A stretch of 37,577 bases of DNA from Vitrella brassicaformis CCMP3155 (lineage: Eukaryota; Protista; Chromerida): the NCBI GenBank assembly GCA_001179505.1, contig CDMY01000642.1, positions 1 through 37,577 of the forward strand, read 5' to 3'. The translations under genes and the position numbers were made by a program. Of this stretch, positions 11,876 through 23,066 are shown one piece after another. The notes beneath the pieces were generated by a model. It did not search any database. It was not told the DNA's origin and worked only from the letters and a program-made list of their open reading frames with translations. Position 1 is the first letter of the stretch; each line of letters starts with the position of its first letter.

Positions 11876-13214
11876 TTATTGATAGTCTCCCTCTATGTAC
11901 TCGCACTCGCCCTCAGGCGCTTCCTGCACGCTGCTTGAGGCGGGCTGTGGGGCGCGTTGCCGGCTCACGGGTCGCCAGACGCTCCTGCCGGTCCTCGGTG
12001 ATGTGTCGGGGTGGGCGGCGGACTGTTGGGTGGGTGCGGCGGCTTCTGGCCGGGCGGCTGGTTGGCTGGCGGGCCGCCGGACGCCTCTGGTAGGCCCTGG
12101 TGGTGCGGGTGGCTGGGTGGCGGGCTGCTCAGTGGAAGCGGTTGCTTCTGGCGGGGCGGCTGGTCGGCTGACGGGCCGCCACTCCCGTCCGCTGCGCTGC
12201 TGGGGCTGTTGTGTGGCGGTCTCGTCTGTGTCTCCCTCCTCTTCGTCGATGGTCTCCAGCGCTTGAAACGAGTTGGGCGACCGCATGGCTGGTTGTCCGC
12301 CCCTGGTGCGCTGAGGTCGCCGAGCCACCGATCTGGGGAGCTGGAAGCCTCTCGGGAGGTATATTTGCCGTTGTCTTCTGCCATGCTGCCGCCCCTGTCG
12401 TCGTGTTGCGAGAGACATATTGGCGCGGGACCCCGTGCTGCTGGTCCTCGGGCGGGTGTTGTTGTTTTGCCTCCTCGGTTGTGCTGCCTCTGCCGCTCCA
12501 TTCGACGACCCGCTCGCCGCCGGTGTAGCCGCCTCCCTCCTGGTATTGACCACGTCGACCCACGCCCTCCCCCCCGCCTGCTCCGTGTTCTCGCTGGGCT
12601 GCTGGGACGGCTCTGTCGAAGGTCGCCACTCGTCGTCTTGCTCCTCCTGTCGTGCTGGGCCGTAGAGCTCCGGGTTGTTCGCCATCGCCTCCTCCATCTC
12701 CGCCATGCTGCCTGGCAGTGGGGGCTCCTCGATGCCGAGCTCTAGGTTGCGATTGAGTTGGGGCAGCTCGAGCAGCAGTGTGTTGGTGCCTGGCAGCATG
12801 AGCACGTCCTCTACTGCTTCGCCAGCGTCGTACTCGTCGGCTGCGTCGGCCCTCGGCGTTGCGATCCACGTGCTCGATAATGTGGGCGCGAAGCGGGAGG
12901 GTCCCTTCATCTCCTCCGGCCCCCTCAAGCACCTCGAAGGCGAATTGAGCGTGGCATTGTGGGCAGCGGTGTCCGTTTTGGTGGGTGTATGTCCTCAGCA
13001 GGCAGCGGATGCATGTGTCTGGGTGGCAGGGGAGGCGGTGCAACGCGTCGCCGTGTAGCTCTTCTGTACAGACAGTGCATAGCGCGCCGCCCTGAGTCTG
13101 CTGGCTCGGTTCGACGGCGTCTTGGCCATTGCCTTCTTGGAATAGCCGCCCGACACTCCCCGCGTAGTTGTCCCTGGCCTGTCTTGCTTCAGTGTCGCGG
13201 AGGTTGTACGGCAT
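11876..13214 (-). pseudogene. 5' end of the CRE-like ORF with an N-terminal RING-type zinc finger (frameshifted, nonsense-mutated copy)
   Basis: ATG at 13214 (MPYNLRD...), then CTVC...LPCHPDTCIRC...CPQC at 13079-12954. A +1 frame change near 12850 leads into DAADEYD...MRSPNSFQALETIDEEE, which is shared with the RT-bearing copy. This copy has TAA at 11876-11878 where another has TAC. Confidence 0.7.
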
Positions 13215-14472
13215 CACCCAGGCTCCCCCGAGTGTCGCCCCGACTGTCCATTTTCGCCGCAAGCTTCTTTTTGCATCTTGCCGTAGCCGCCTAGGGTNNN
13301 NNNNNNNNNNNNNNNNNNNNNNNNNNNNNNNNNNNNNNNNNNNNNNNNNNNNNNNNNNNNNNNNNNNNNNNNNNNNNNNNNNNNNNNNNNNNNNNNNNNN
13401 NNNNNNNNNNNNNNNNNNNNNNNNNNNNNNNNNNNNNNNNNNNNNNNNNNNNNNNNNNNNNNNNNNNNNNNNNNNNNNNNNNNNNNNNNNNNNNNNNNNN
13501 NNNNNNNNNNNNNNNNNNNNNNNNNNNNNNNNNNNNNNNNNNNNNNNNNNNNNNNNNNNNNNNNNNNNNNNNNNNNNNNNNNNNNNNNNNNNNNNNNGTT
13601 GCGTGCTGATGCGGCGCGGCGGCTGCCGCCCCCATTGTGGTCTCCCCCATCGCCGCCCCCACCCGTGTCGTCGCCTGGCTCGTCGGGGTCCCCGCCATCC
13701 CCGCCTCCTCCTCTCGGCGCGACACGCCCTCGCCCCCCGCCTCGGCCCCTCCCCCGTCCTCTCCCTGACCCTCTGCCGCCTCGTCTGCCGCCTCTGCCCC
13801 CTCTCGTGTTGCTGGCATGGTTGTTTGCGTTTGTTGGCGGCTGAGGGGGTCGTGGAGGTGGTTGGGACGGTTGAGAGGGCTGTTGAGAGGGCTGTTGAGA
13901 GGGCTGTTGGGATGGTGGGGCCAGGCCTGGTGTATTCACAATGTTGCCAACGCATTTACAATACCGCTTCGACTTGGGATAGTCTGTGACGAAGATGGCG
14001 AGCCCTCCTGGCCTCACCCCCTTTTTCGAACCGAACTATATAGTTGTTGTTGAAGCAAGTGCCTCGTGGTATCCTGCCTCTGATACCCCTTGAATGCTGC
14101 GTGTCGTCAAGAAAGAGGGCATTCCGCGATGAGGCCATCGTCCAACCCGCATAGTCCACGACTCCACGCTGATGGTTCGTACAGATGCCAGTCATGCAGA
14201 CGGGGATCTGGGCGGCCGAAGCTTTCAAGGACACGGTCATCGAGGAGAGGAGAGGCACCCACTCGTCCCGAGTTCGAACCCAACGCAGCTACTGAAAGCT
14301 ACGGCAATTTTATGGAAAAACTGCCTCGAGTTTACACCTGCCCTTCAACCGGTGCGCCAACGGTTGGCGTGATTGACCCGCGGAAAGCGCTCAGACATGC
14401 GGGACGCGGTCCGGGCGCAGGTGGAGCCACAAGTGCGGTCATTGATCTCTCCCTGAATAAGCACTTACTATT

Positions 14473-16468
14473 ATGAAGCATCATCGATGGGCCGGCGTAG
14501 GAGGTGAGAGGCTGGAAAGAACCACACGGGGCGGGGACATTGGACATTGTGTGAACACCAGACAATTTTTTCTTTTGGCTATCGCAATCTTGACGGTTTT
14601 CGCCTTCTTCGCCGCACGGCTGACCCAGAGATTTGTTGGTGACGTGGGGCTTCTTCGCGCTGGACGGCTGCGACAAGCCCACAAGGGCCATGAATTCATC
14701 AGAATGGAGATGCTTGAAGGACACACCGCGGTGACCCCTGCGGAGGAGTTCGAGAGCGCTTACGTCTCATTCTATAGCCGACCAATCCCGTCTGCCCTTG
14801 TCGACAAGTGGCGGCCCTATGCGGAAGCACAGAATTGCTCAACAGAGCCATCGCACTACGCAAATGCTGATCACCAGCTTGAGACTTTTCGCAACCTGCA
14901 GACATTCGCTAAGCCCGGCATCTTCAAATCAATGATCGAAAACGCGGCGAAAGCACCAAGGACTGTCCTCTGGCAGGTACCTCTCCCCTACGGCATGCGG
15001 CTTCATGCCCCCCATGCTCCGAAAAAAGACACGGATGAGTGGCATTCTGTCTGCTCTGTTCAGGTGAAGGAAGGCAAGTTGGCCCACGTCCGAGGAGACA
15101 TCCCTTTCGTAACCGCACCACCACATAGCACACACAAAGTATCAGCACGCATAAACCATCATACCTGTTCTTCGTTCCTGTATCTTGCCAACCCCAGTGG
15201 GGAAGTGGTACCTGGAGGAAGGAGTTGCTTGGACCCATTGCCGAGGTGCTGCCCGACATGCTCCTGACAACAAATCTTTTAGACGAACCGCGCGTGCTGC
15301 GGCCTGCGAATGAGAGCATCGGTCAACCTGACCGAATGAGATTCAGGGGCAGGAGCGCCGCTGAAACCATCAGGCCATCCTGCCTCAATCAGACAGCCGC
15401 TTATCAATCCATCGTCGGGTTCTTCGTCTCGCCGGTGACATTTGACGCCCGCCGGGGTTTCCTACCCATCTTCTCTCGCACTCGCGTGCCGCATTGCTTT
15501 GTCGACATCGTGTCTGCGTTCTATCCCAGTGAGTGGACTCCCGGAGACGCCCCGTTGCCCAGATGGGAGGATAAGACGGAGAAGCTGGTGTGGCGGGGAT
15601 CCAACACGGGATGCCAGTGGACTAATGCAGACGAGTTGCTGTGGAAATGTGAGAGGGGGAGACTTGTGAAGCTGTTCGGGCAGAATAACAAAGCCGCAAC
15701 TCTGAAGGATGTTGGCGACGCGATGCGGTCGCATGGTCTCCTGTCGGATCAGGATCAGTGGCCGTCGGGCGAGTGGGCATCATCGCGTGTGGGAGACATC
15801 TTCGATGTGGGTATGACAGGCTACGGGCAGTGCAACACGCCATCCATCTGCTCACAGCTGGAAGGAATTCTCGGGAGAGCCAAGCCGATACCCTTTATGC
15901 GCCATTTTGACTACAAATACGTACTGCACGTCGATGGTACGCCATGCATCTTCCCCCATCAGCTGCTTACGATATGACGATGAGTACATCTCCCACATAG
16001 GGAACTCGTACAGCAGGCGACTGGTCGTCTACTTGGGAAACATATCAATGAAACTTACGTTATAACAAGTCTCCCTAGACCTTTCTGCGTCTTCTTTTTG
16101 CAGGTCGGTCTACTCCGGTCCAACTCTCTCGTCTTCCTTTCGGTATCCTGCACTGGAAACGGACAAAGGAACGCGGTCAACCCTCTTTCAGCTTGCGCTC
16201 TCTGTATCCCTTTAAGACCGCTTTTGAAACATGGATGGACGGATGGCTACAGCCATGGGTGCACTTCATTCCCGTGTCTCCTTCCCTCGCTGATTTGCCT
16301 GCTAAGCTGATCTGGGCACTGGAGCACGACGGGGATGCGCGACGGATAGCTGAGAATGCCCAGAGGTTCGCCCAGAGATATTTGCGCCCCGTGGACTTTG
16401 GCTGTTATCTCGCATGGCTGCTGATCGAGTATGAGAGCCTTTTCAGACCCAGGCAGAGACCGGAATAG
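14473..16468 (+). CDS. Glycosyltransferase family 90 (CAP10-like) type II membrane protein, multi-exon
   Basis: N-terminal hydrophobic helix FFLLAIAILTVFAFFAA. Motifs WEDKTEKLVWRGSNTG, YKYVLHVDG|NSYSRRL, LLRSNSLVF, WLQPWVHFIPVSPSLADL, WALEHD..ARRIAEN and CYLAWLLIEY. GT-AG introns, for example 14977-15063. Confidence 0.9.
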
Positions 16469-17318
16469 TCCTCTTCACTACAGGGGGTATTAAAGCCGAG
16501 GAAACTTGACTTTGTCCATCCCACCGCAGGCCACAATACCCACAAGATCGTGATGAACAACGACAGCGACCACGAGACGCGCTTGTCGGTGAGGAGCCCC
16601 ACAGCAGGACTCGAGGTCGCCTTCCACTCTGCTGGAAGGGCATGAGAGGGGAGGGGTGGGTCGCTGACGGATAGGTAGAGCTCGGCAGACAGGTCGGGTG
16701 GGATGCCTGCCTTCGTAGATAGTTTTTGAGCCTTCTCTACTAATGTGATTTACGGGCACGAAGTCTCCTGCTAACGAACTACACCGGGAGCCAGCTGCGG
16801 CTGGCAACTTCCAGGCAGCACGTCAATTGCGACATGGTGCATCGTGCTTGCCGAAAACAAATTTGCGACGTGGGTGTCGCTCAACTGTATGTCTCTATGG
16901 GTCTGTGGTAGCACTGCATCGTCTTTTTGTGCGTCATGCATCACTCCGCTTAGTCACTGGAGCCGAGCCAGCCACAAGCACGGCGCCGGTGATGGACAGT
17001 CGCGTGCATGCACAGTCCTTTGCTGTTTATTCTATTTGATGCAACCAGCTAGCCCTGCTTTTATGTAAGACGGTCAACACGAAATGAAACGTTAACAATG
17101 TCCGAAGCACTTCATTTTTGCATCTCAAACCACGTTGCACTCAGTAGGCCGCGTCCACATATTAATCCAATCACATCGCATTAGTACGTCCCATTGCTCC
17201 TTCCGACATCGCGCCTATGTCCATCAGCTTGTGCTTCCGATTGTCACAGCCGGCCGGAGAGGACTGCAACAGATATTCATATCCATACTGAATGACGTTA
17301 TGCATTGCCAATCTTCCT

Positions 17319-20186
17319 TTACCCCTCATCTCCAGGGGCCTCAGCGGCCTCACAGTCAGCCGGAAGTGCAGGCTGCAAGACCACTCTGCCATCATGTCGT
17401 CTCTGAGACAGTCTGCTGAGACCGCCTCTTGTGCCTCGCCACCCTCCCACATTTCCCCCCGTCAGGCAACACAGGCAGTGGGTGGGCCTCTGCAACGCGT
17501 CCATGCCGGATGCGCACAGAGGGACAGACAGACAGATGAATGCATTTACGCAAGACCTGGCTGTACCTTCTCACCTGTATTAAACACAAGTTTGTCGAGT
17601 CTGACGGTGCTGGGCGGGCTGAACGCGATCAGGAAATACTTGAATGTCTCTGCGATGACGAAGCTCTCCATGGTGTTCGTCTGCCGCGGGGGGACCTTAA
17701 AGAGACAGGAAAGAGGCAATCCAATGGCCTTCCGTCTGCACCTGGTGCGCACCGCATAAGGATCAGCGAGAGCGGAAAAACCATGTGCTCCTTTTGCCCA
17801 TTTGATCATCGCCAGGAAGATTTTCCACGTCCAATTGCGGTACCGGACACCCCACTCGCGAACGGCCGCCGATTCTTCTTCCTCAGTGACAGTGGAAAAG
17901 ATGTATTCTTTTTGCCCGCTTGCATCGCTCGTGGCAGCCTTCGCCTGTCGGTCTTGGGTGAAATAGTGCGGCCTCCCCTGAAGCTCAATCATGTAGGCGA
18001 GGGACTCGACAGTCTCCGGCCGTAGAAGCGTGTTGCGCTGCGACATGTCTCGCTGAATGTCGGAATCGCTGAACCTGACTCCCTCGGGCGGCAGACCTGG
18101 ATTGACAAAGACATCTCACTTTACCGCGAGTCTTTGTTTTCTTTCTTACTTTCTCTCTGTACCGCTTTGAGTGAAGAAATACATGGAGACGCAAGTCTTG
18201 CATAGTTCGTCAGCAAGCCGCTCAAGAAAGGCTCCGTCTATTTTGTGGCACGCTGGAGCAAAGCTCCTGTCGTGGCAGGCGGCCTTTGGGGGCTCATCTG
18301 GCTGCCAGACGAGGGATGTCCGCGCCAGCAGCATCAGCATACCCGGAAGAAAACATGCCTAAAAAAAGGTCGAGACGAAATGCGGCTGCCCATTTGGCCG
18401 GATAGCCCACCAGATGGCCCATCCGTGCGCTTTTTGTTCTGCCCCGCTCCGACAGGTCAGCGACATACACGAGTCCTTGGCCACCGTAGTTAATCCGCCC
18501 CTCCCTGTCACCATATGTCTTGCTCCAGTCTGGCTGCGGCAGGGATGGAGGCCTGGAGGTCTTGGATACCACGTCGGGCAACCTGCGCAAAAAGCCCAGC
18601 AGCATCGCCCTCAGCAAGGCGTCTTGCTGGCCTGAGGGGCACACACACACACATTTAAATTGAACAAGAGATGGCCCCCCGAGACTCACGACTACCTGTG
18701 AGAATCCATTCTTTGGCGAGGTACTCATAGAACGAGTCCCCTCCGCCGCCCAGTGAGATCGTCCCCTTGTGTGTGGCCAAATCCTGCGGTTTGAGGTGGG
18801 TGGGGATGAGGCCATGCCTGGACACCTGTCTTCGGCGCTCGATCAGGTCGGTCGTAGCCTCCGCTGCTTCCGCATAGGAGCAATCACCTGTGAAGTGGCT
18901 ACGACGAGGGCCAAGGGGAATGAGCAAGATGGGCTATCTGCGCTTACCTCAGCACCTTCAACTCAAGTTGCACTGTGCCGATTTCTGAGCACAACAAGGA
19001 AACAATGCTGGTTGTGACAGTCCTTTTTTGCTGACCAGCGAGACATGATGCGCCGCCACGGTAAGTCCCCTTTCCGCTATCGAGAAGGACAGTAGATGTC
19101 TGTGGGACACCCACAAAGCGTCCGCCAGTCATCCACTCCTCGATGACAGGCCCACTTTCCGACCACTGTCTCGGAGTGACCGTAGGAGGAAACGATTTCA
19201 AGAGCCGCCCGCCCAGCGACACCGCCTCTTCCAGGACCCTATCCATTTGATGAGCCCGACGCTTCTCCTCATCGGTCATTTTGTCCTTTTCTTTCTTAGG
19301 AAGGGTCGGTTTCAGTAGCGAGTAGATACCCAAAAGGCCGCCCTATGACACAACATTAAGGTCAAGTCTGTGCACCGCACCAATGATTGCTTCATCTTCC
19401 CACCAGCTGCCGTATGGTTGTCTCAAAGACATTGGCGCTGTAGTGGCGATTGAATGAAAGATTGTCTGCCACCCATTGCAGCGCCCTGTCAAGCTCATCG
19501 TGCAGACCAGCATAGAAAAGAGTGTCCATTGAGTCGAGAATCATCACGCCGACCCCGCCCCAATTAGCCCGGCCTTTCCCATTTGACGGGTTGATTTCAT
19601 CACTGCCAAACGCGTGCTGCTCATACTCATGCCAAAACCATTGCAGATTGCGCCTCACGAACCTCCTGCGAATCTCGTTCTCTTCGCCCAGCCAATTTGA
19701 GAAGGACAAACACATGCGGCTCAGAAGAGGGCACTGTTTATAATTGTTGATAGCAGTGGAGGCGTCCATTTGAGATAATGACATGGCCACGAGATCGTCT
19801 TCAGACAGCAAATTCATGAGGTGCCTGGAACACTTCTGTGTGCGACGGATATCTGCCGGCGTGAGCTGTCTTCTTGTCACATTCGTCAACCGCTGTAGGA
19901 CATTCGGGGCTGGCGAAAGCTCTAAGGGTGGGTTGGGCGGGACTCCCACATGCGAGAAGGGAAGCCGGCTGCGAAGGAGGAAGCGCTGAAATCTGGATGG
20001 ATCTGTCGGCTCGTCACCGTGGCCGCGCGGGTGGGATGTGAGATTCATCACCATGACCACTACCATGGTGATCAGCATGAGGGCCAGACACAGTAACCTG
20101 GGGCGTGAGCTCCACCGTCTCTTGCCGTACATCCTCGTGATGTGCGGTAGAGGGAGCAACAACCTGCTACCAACGCGTCGTTTCAT
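17319..20186 (-). CDS. Class I alpha-1,2-mannosidase (glycoside hydrolase family 47), type II membrane, multi-exon
   Basis: Signal-anchor LLCLALMLITMVVVMVM. GH47 motifs DSMDTL, VFETTIR, EIGTVQLE, SLGGGGDSFYEYLAK, MGHL|ACFLPGML, SGLPPE, LRPETVES, MESFVIAETFKY and VFNT|EAHP occur in correct order across GT-AG introns. Confidence 0.93.
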
Positions 20187-20394
20187 AAGCCTTTTCCCAC
20201 TCGTTTTGCTGCTTCAGAGTTACATCATGATGGCTCGAGGAGGACCGGCCTCTTCTATTGGGATTAAAGGTCCAAGGATGAAAGGTGACGGTGTTGTTAT
20301 GGAGATAGAACCACAAATCGCCAGGGCGCTGCAGCCGTTGTGTCTCATTTGCGAGCGACTTCTAGCCACACGTACTTAGTTGGCTAGAGCTGGA

Positions 20395-20786
20395 CTCCGT
20401 TGAGCGCCACCCCCGGCCAGGCCCGTGTAAAAGCCGAAAGGTGCACAGTGTTCTGTGCCTGAGAGCTTTTCTTTGTGTGTCGTTGTCAAGTGTCAAGTCT
20501 CTTCTACAATAACCACGATTTCAGTTCTGTCAGTAGATCACGGGGTGGACTAACTAAAGAGGACTAAAGAGCCGTCTGGGACGTTTGAGACACGGCTTGC
20601 TGCGATGATTGGGGTTTGTCAGAGAAGGAAAAAATGCTCTGCTCACTTGTGCAAAGCTCTACATGCTAAACAAAGACCCAACAAGGAGAGAATGTAGCGG
20701 TTTGACGGAAAGCCGACATGATGATCCGACATGGAGGGCCCTTCTGAGGCCTGACACTGCCTCAGCTTCAAAACCCGTTCCCGAAT
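20395..20786 (+). repeat. ~390-bp dispersed repeat, copy 1
   Basis: ctccgttgagcgccacccccggccaggcccgt...aagccgaaaggtgcacag...cccgaat aligns with 23067-23807. Confidence 0.9.
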
Positions 20787-20956
20787 TTAAGAGGAGCGAG
20801 ATGTCTCCTTTCCGTGCATCGAAGTAATCCGGGCTCTAATTACAGCATCCATATACCTTTTTCTGTTTTCATTCTCTGCTCCGTTTATGTTATTTGATCC
20901 GTTCCGAGCATGATCTCTTGTCTGATTATCCGCGAAGAAGTGATGACACCCCATCC

Positions 20957-21095
20957 AAGCCTCCTCCCCTGATCGCACATTCTTTAAAACGTCCCAAATG
21001 TGCCAAAAAATATTTAAAAACCGGCAAATCGCCGAAAAGCTTTCAAAACAACGCAAACAAATACAAACTAAAGAAGAAATTTTGAAGAAATCAGA
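20957..21095 (-). repeat. AT-rich ~135-bp repeat, right copy of the inverted pair
   Basis: aagcctcctcccctgatcgcacattctttaaaacgtcccaaatgtgccaaaaaatatt... is the reverse complement of 2036-2173. Confidence 0.85.
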
Positions 21096-21430
21096 CAAAC
21101 AAGGAACGCATTTTAAAGGCCGCAAAAAATGGAGGATTTAAAACTTGTGGGTTGCAACCCGTTGAATCACAGCTTCCTTGCCATGGTCTTCTCTCGCAAA
21201 CCAATGTCCTTCACACATCGAACTAGATAAGACTCGTTTGTATTGTCCACACAGTACATTTGCCTTCACACTTCCACAAAATACACACAGGAAACATAAG
21301 ACAGACATGAGATTACACACAACACATAGAGACATGAATACATAATTCATACAGACAAACAGCCAGACAGTGTCGGTAGATGCAGCCGAGCATTCACAGA
21401 GACAGACAGTCGGGGCTTGTACGTACACGA

Positions 21431-21477
21431 ACCAATCAATTAATCAACCAGTCAATCAATCAACCAATCAATCAACT
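21431..21477. repeat. (TCAA/CCAA)n degenerate microsatellite
   Basis: accaatcaattaatcaaccagtcaatcaatcaaccaatcaatcaac. Confidence 0.75.
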
Positions 21478-21864
21478 GACTGGATAGGACAGGGTGAATG
21501 TGTTTCGGTCGGTCGGTCGGCATACCGAGTAAGCAGAGTATCTGAGTATCTCTCTCGCTTCACTTACAAATCCCAATCATCGCGTACAAGTCTCAGACGG
21601 CTCCTCAGTCAGTCACTTTGTATTTAGCGCTTGCCGGCGCAAACCAGTGCCAGTCAGAACAAGAAGGGCAATGGACGGGCATGCATTGTCTGTACACTGA
21701 CACACCCTTGAACCGTGACGTCTCACGACCGACTTTCGCTGCCACGTCTATGTCTCAGCTCTCCATCTATCGCCGGAAACACTGCAATTCATGCAGGTAG
21801 GCACTAATGCATGTACTGTCATTCTTCCACGAACAAGGAAAGAGAAATGTACTAAAGTGGGGAA

Positions 21865-21922
21865 GAAAAGGACTTGGGCTGTCGTGTGCATCCCCCGGCC
21901 CACCTACCGCCGGGGTTTCGAA
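21865..21922 (-). repeat. Short repeat with GC hairpin, copy 1 (Helitron 3'-end-like; CTAG degenerate as CAAG)
   Basis: aaaaggacttgggctgtcgtgtgcatcccccggcccacctaccgccggggtttcgaat. Stem ccccggc/gccgggg at 21893-21899 / 21909-21915. Confidence 0.6.
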
Positions 21923-22099
21923 TATATGTGGAGGGGGTCACTGCGAGGAACAAGTTTGCCTCGACCTAAATCCGTTCACGCGTTCGCGCGAAAAACGGCA
22001 CCAAAAACCCACAAAATCGGTTTTTGGCTGTTTTCGCTCGGGTTTCTGGTGCGTTCGCCGCGCAAGCCTGTGTGTGAGTGCTTCTATGTTTGCTCTGTC

Positions 22100-22950
22100 C
22101 TCACGCAAGCGGTTACCGCTCTGCGCTCCGTGAAACACGAGAACCAGCCACCGAAAGTTGACGCTGCCGTCAACCCAAATCACCACAATTGTGTCAATGC
22201 GTGATACGTTTCGCTACGTTGTCTCCACACGGAAGCGCACATCGCTTTTCGATTCGTTAGAAAGAAGAACCAGTCACTGAAAGGTTACACAGCCACGAAC
22301 CATCAGTCACACAATGCGTCGTTCACGGCACAACTGCTTTACGTTCTCTTCGTACGCAAGCGTCCGTCGCTCTTCGACCCGCAAACGAGACCATAGCCGC
22401 TGAAAACTTGCTCACCGCTAACTCAACCGCAATGTCCTTGCACACGCTTCAAGGTCGATCTGGTAGATGAAATATATGCGTGCGCACGGACACTGCGAGA
22501 GACGAGTTTGCTTCCCATTGCATTGCAATTGCGCCCTGTCGTTCGGGTAAAAGGTGGCGAACACTGGTGTCGGATACACGGAATTTGAGGATTCTGCTGA
22601 TTTCTCTCGGTACTCTCATTCATTCGACGCAAAAGCATGTATGTCTGATACATCCCGTCATGCTGTGTGCGAACGCCAGCGGCCATCGCCCTGCGCCGTC
22701 TTGAGAAAGAGAACCAGCCACCGAAAGTTGGCGCAGCTCTGGACCTAAATCAGCACGATTGTCTCAATGCATGGAACAACTTTCTGTGCTGTATTCACAC
22801 GCAAGCGGCGACCGTTCATGACCGTCTTATTGTTAAAAAAAAAAATAAAAACCAAACTATAATCTGGATACACCTCTCCCGGCTCGGTCCTCACGCATGT
22901 GGCCGTCGCTCTCTTCGCCTCAAAAGGAGAACCAGCCCAATAAAGGTTTA
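22100..22950 (+). repeat. Degenerate ~126-bp tandem array
   Basis: The core cacgcaagcg...cgct...gagaaccagcc...aaag(g)tt recurs near 22102, 22229, 22355, 22671, 22798 and 22893. Confidence 0.65.
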
Positions 22951-23066
22951 CGCACCCCAACCACCAAACGGTGTGCATCGTGGGTTGTCAAACGGGTGGA
23001 TCCCGTCAGGCACGATTTCGCACCCCGCTCTCTTCTTTTGCAGGCTCGCATGTGCTTCAGCTCGCC

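Larger units (their letters stand above)
6352..13932 (-). mobile_element. Cluster of CRE-clade (CRE/SLACS/Cnl1/MoTeR-like) non-LTR retrotransposon fragments, five segments in the same orientation
   Basis: Segments 6352-6929, 7230-9336, 9637-11347, 11648-13297 and 13598-13932 share near-identical overlapping sequence, such as the GGRGG/GGGGDGGD region and GLALLRNRTEEQ, with SNP and VNTR differences. One segment reaches the RT. Confidence 0.85.

Noticed and set aside
13291-13297. CTAGGGT at the 5' end of the CRE element as a telomeric target (MoTeR/Cnl1-like)
   Set aside because: Only 7 nt are visible before a gap, which is too short to distinguish from chance. It is worth rechecking if the gap is closed.
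6289-13989. Many long plus-strand and alternative-frame ORFs over the retroelement cluster
   Set aside because: These are shadow ORFs of GC-rich low-complexity sequence, or are artificially extended through N gaps.
14332-14442. Minus-strand first exon MTALVAPP... divergent from GT90
   Set aside because: Its ATG would be only 30 bp from the GT90 ATG, leaving no room for promoters or UTRs.
16405-16810. Small minus-strand membrane protein between GT90 and GH47
   Set aside because: It is short, has no clear start, overlaps the GT90 3' end, and is probably UTR sequence.
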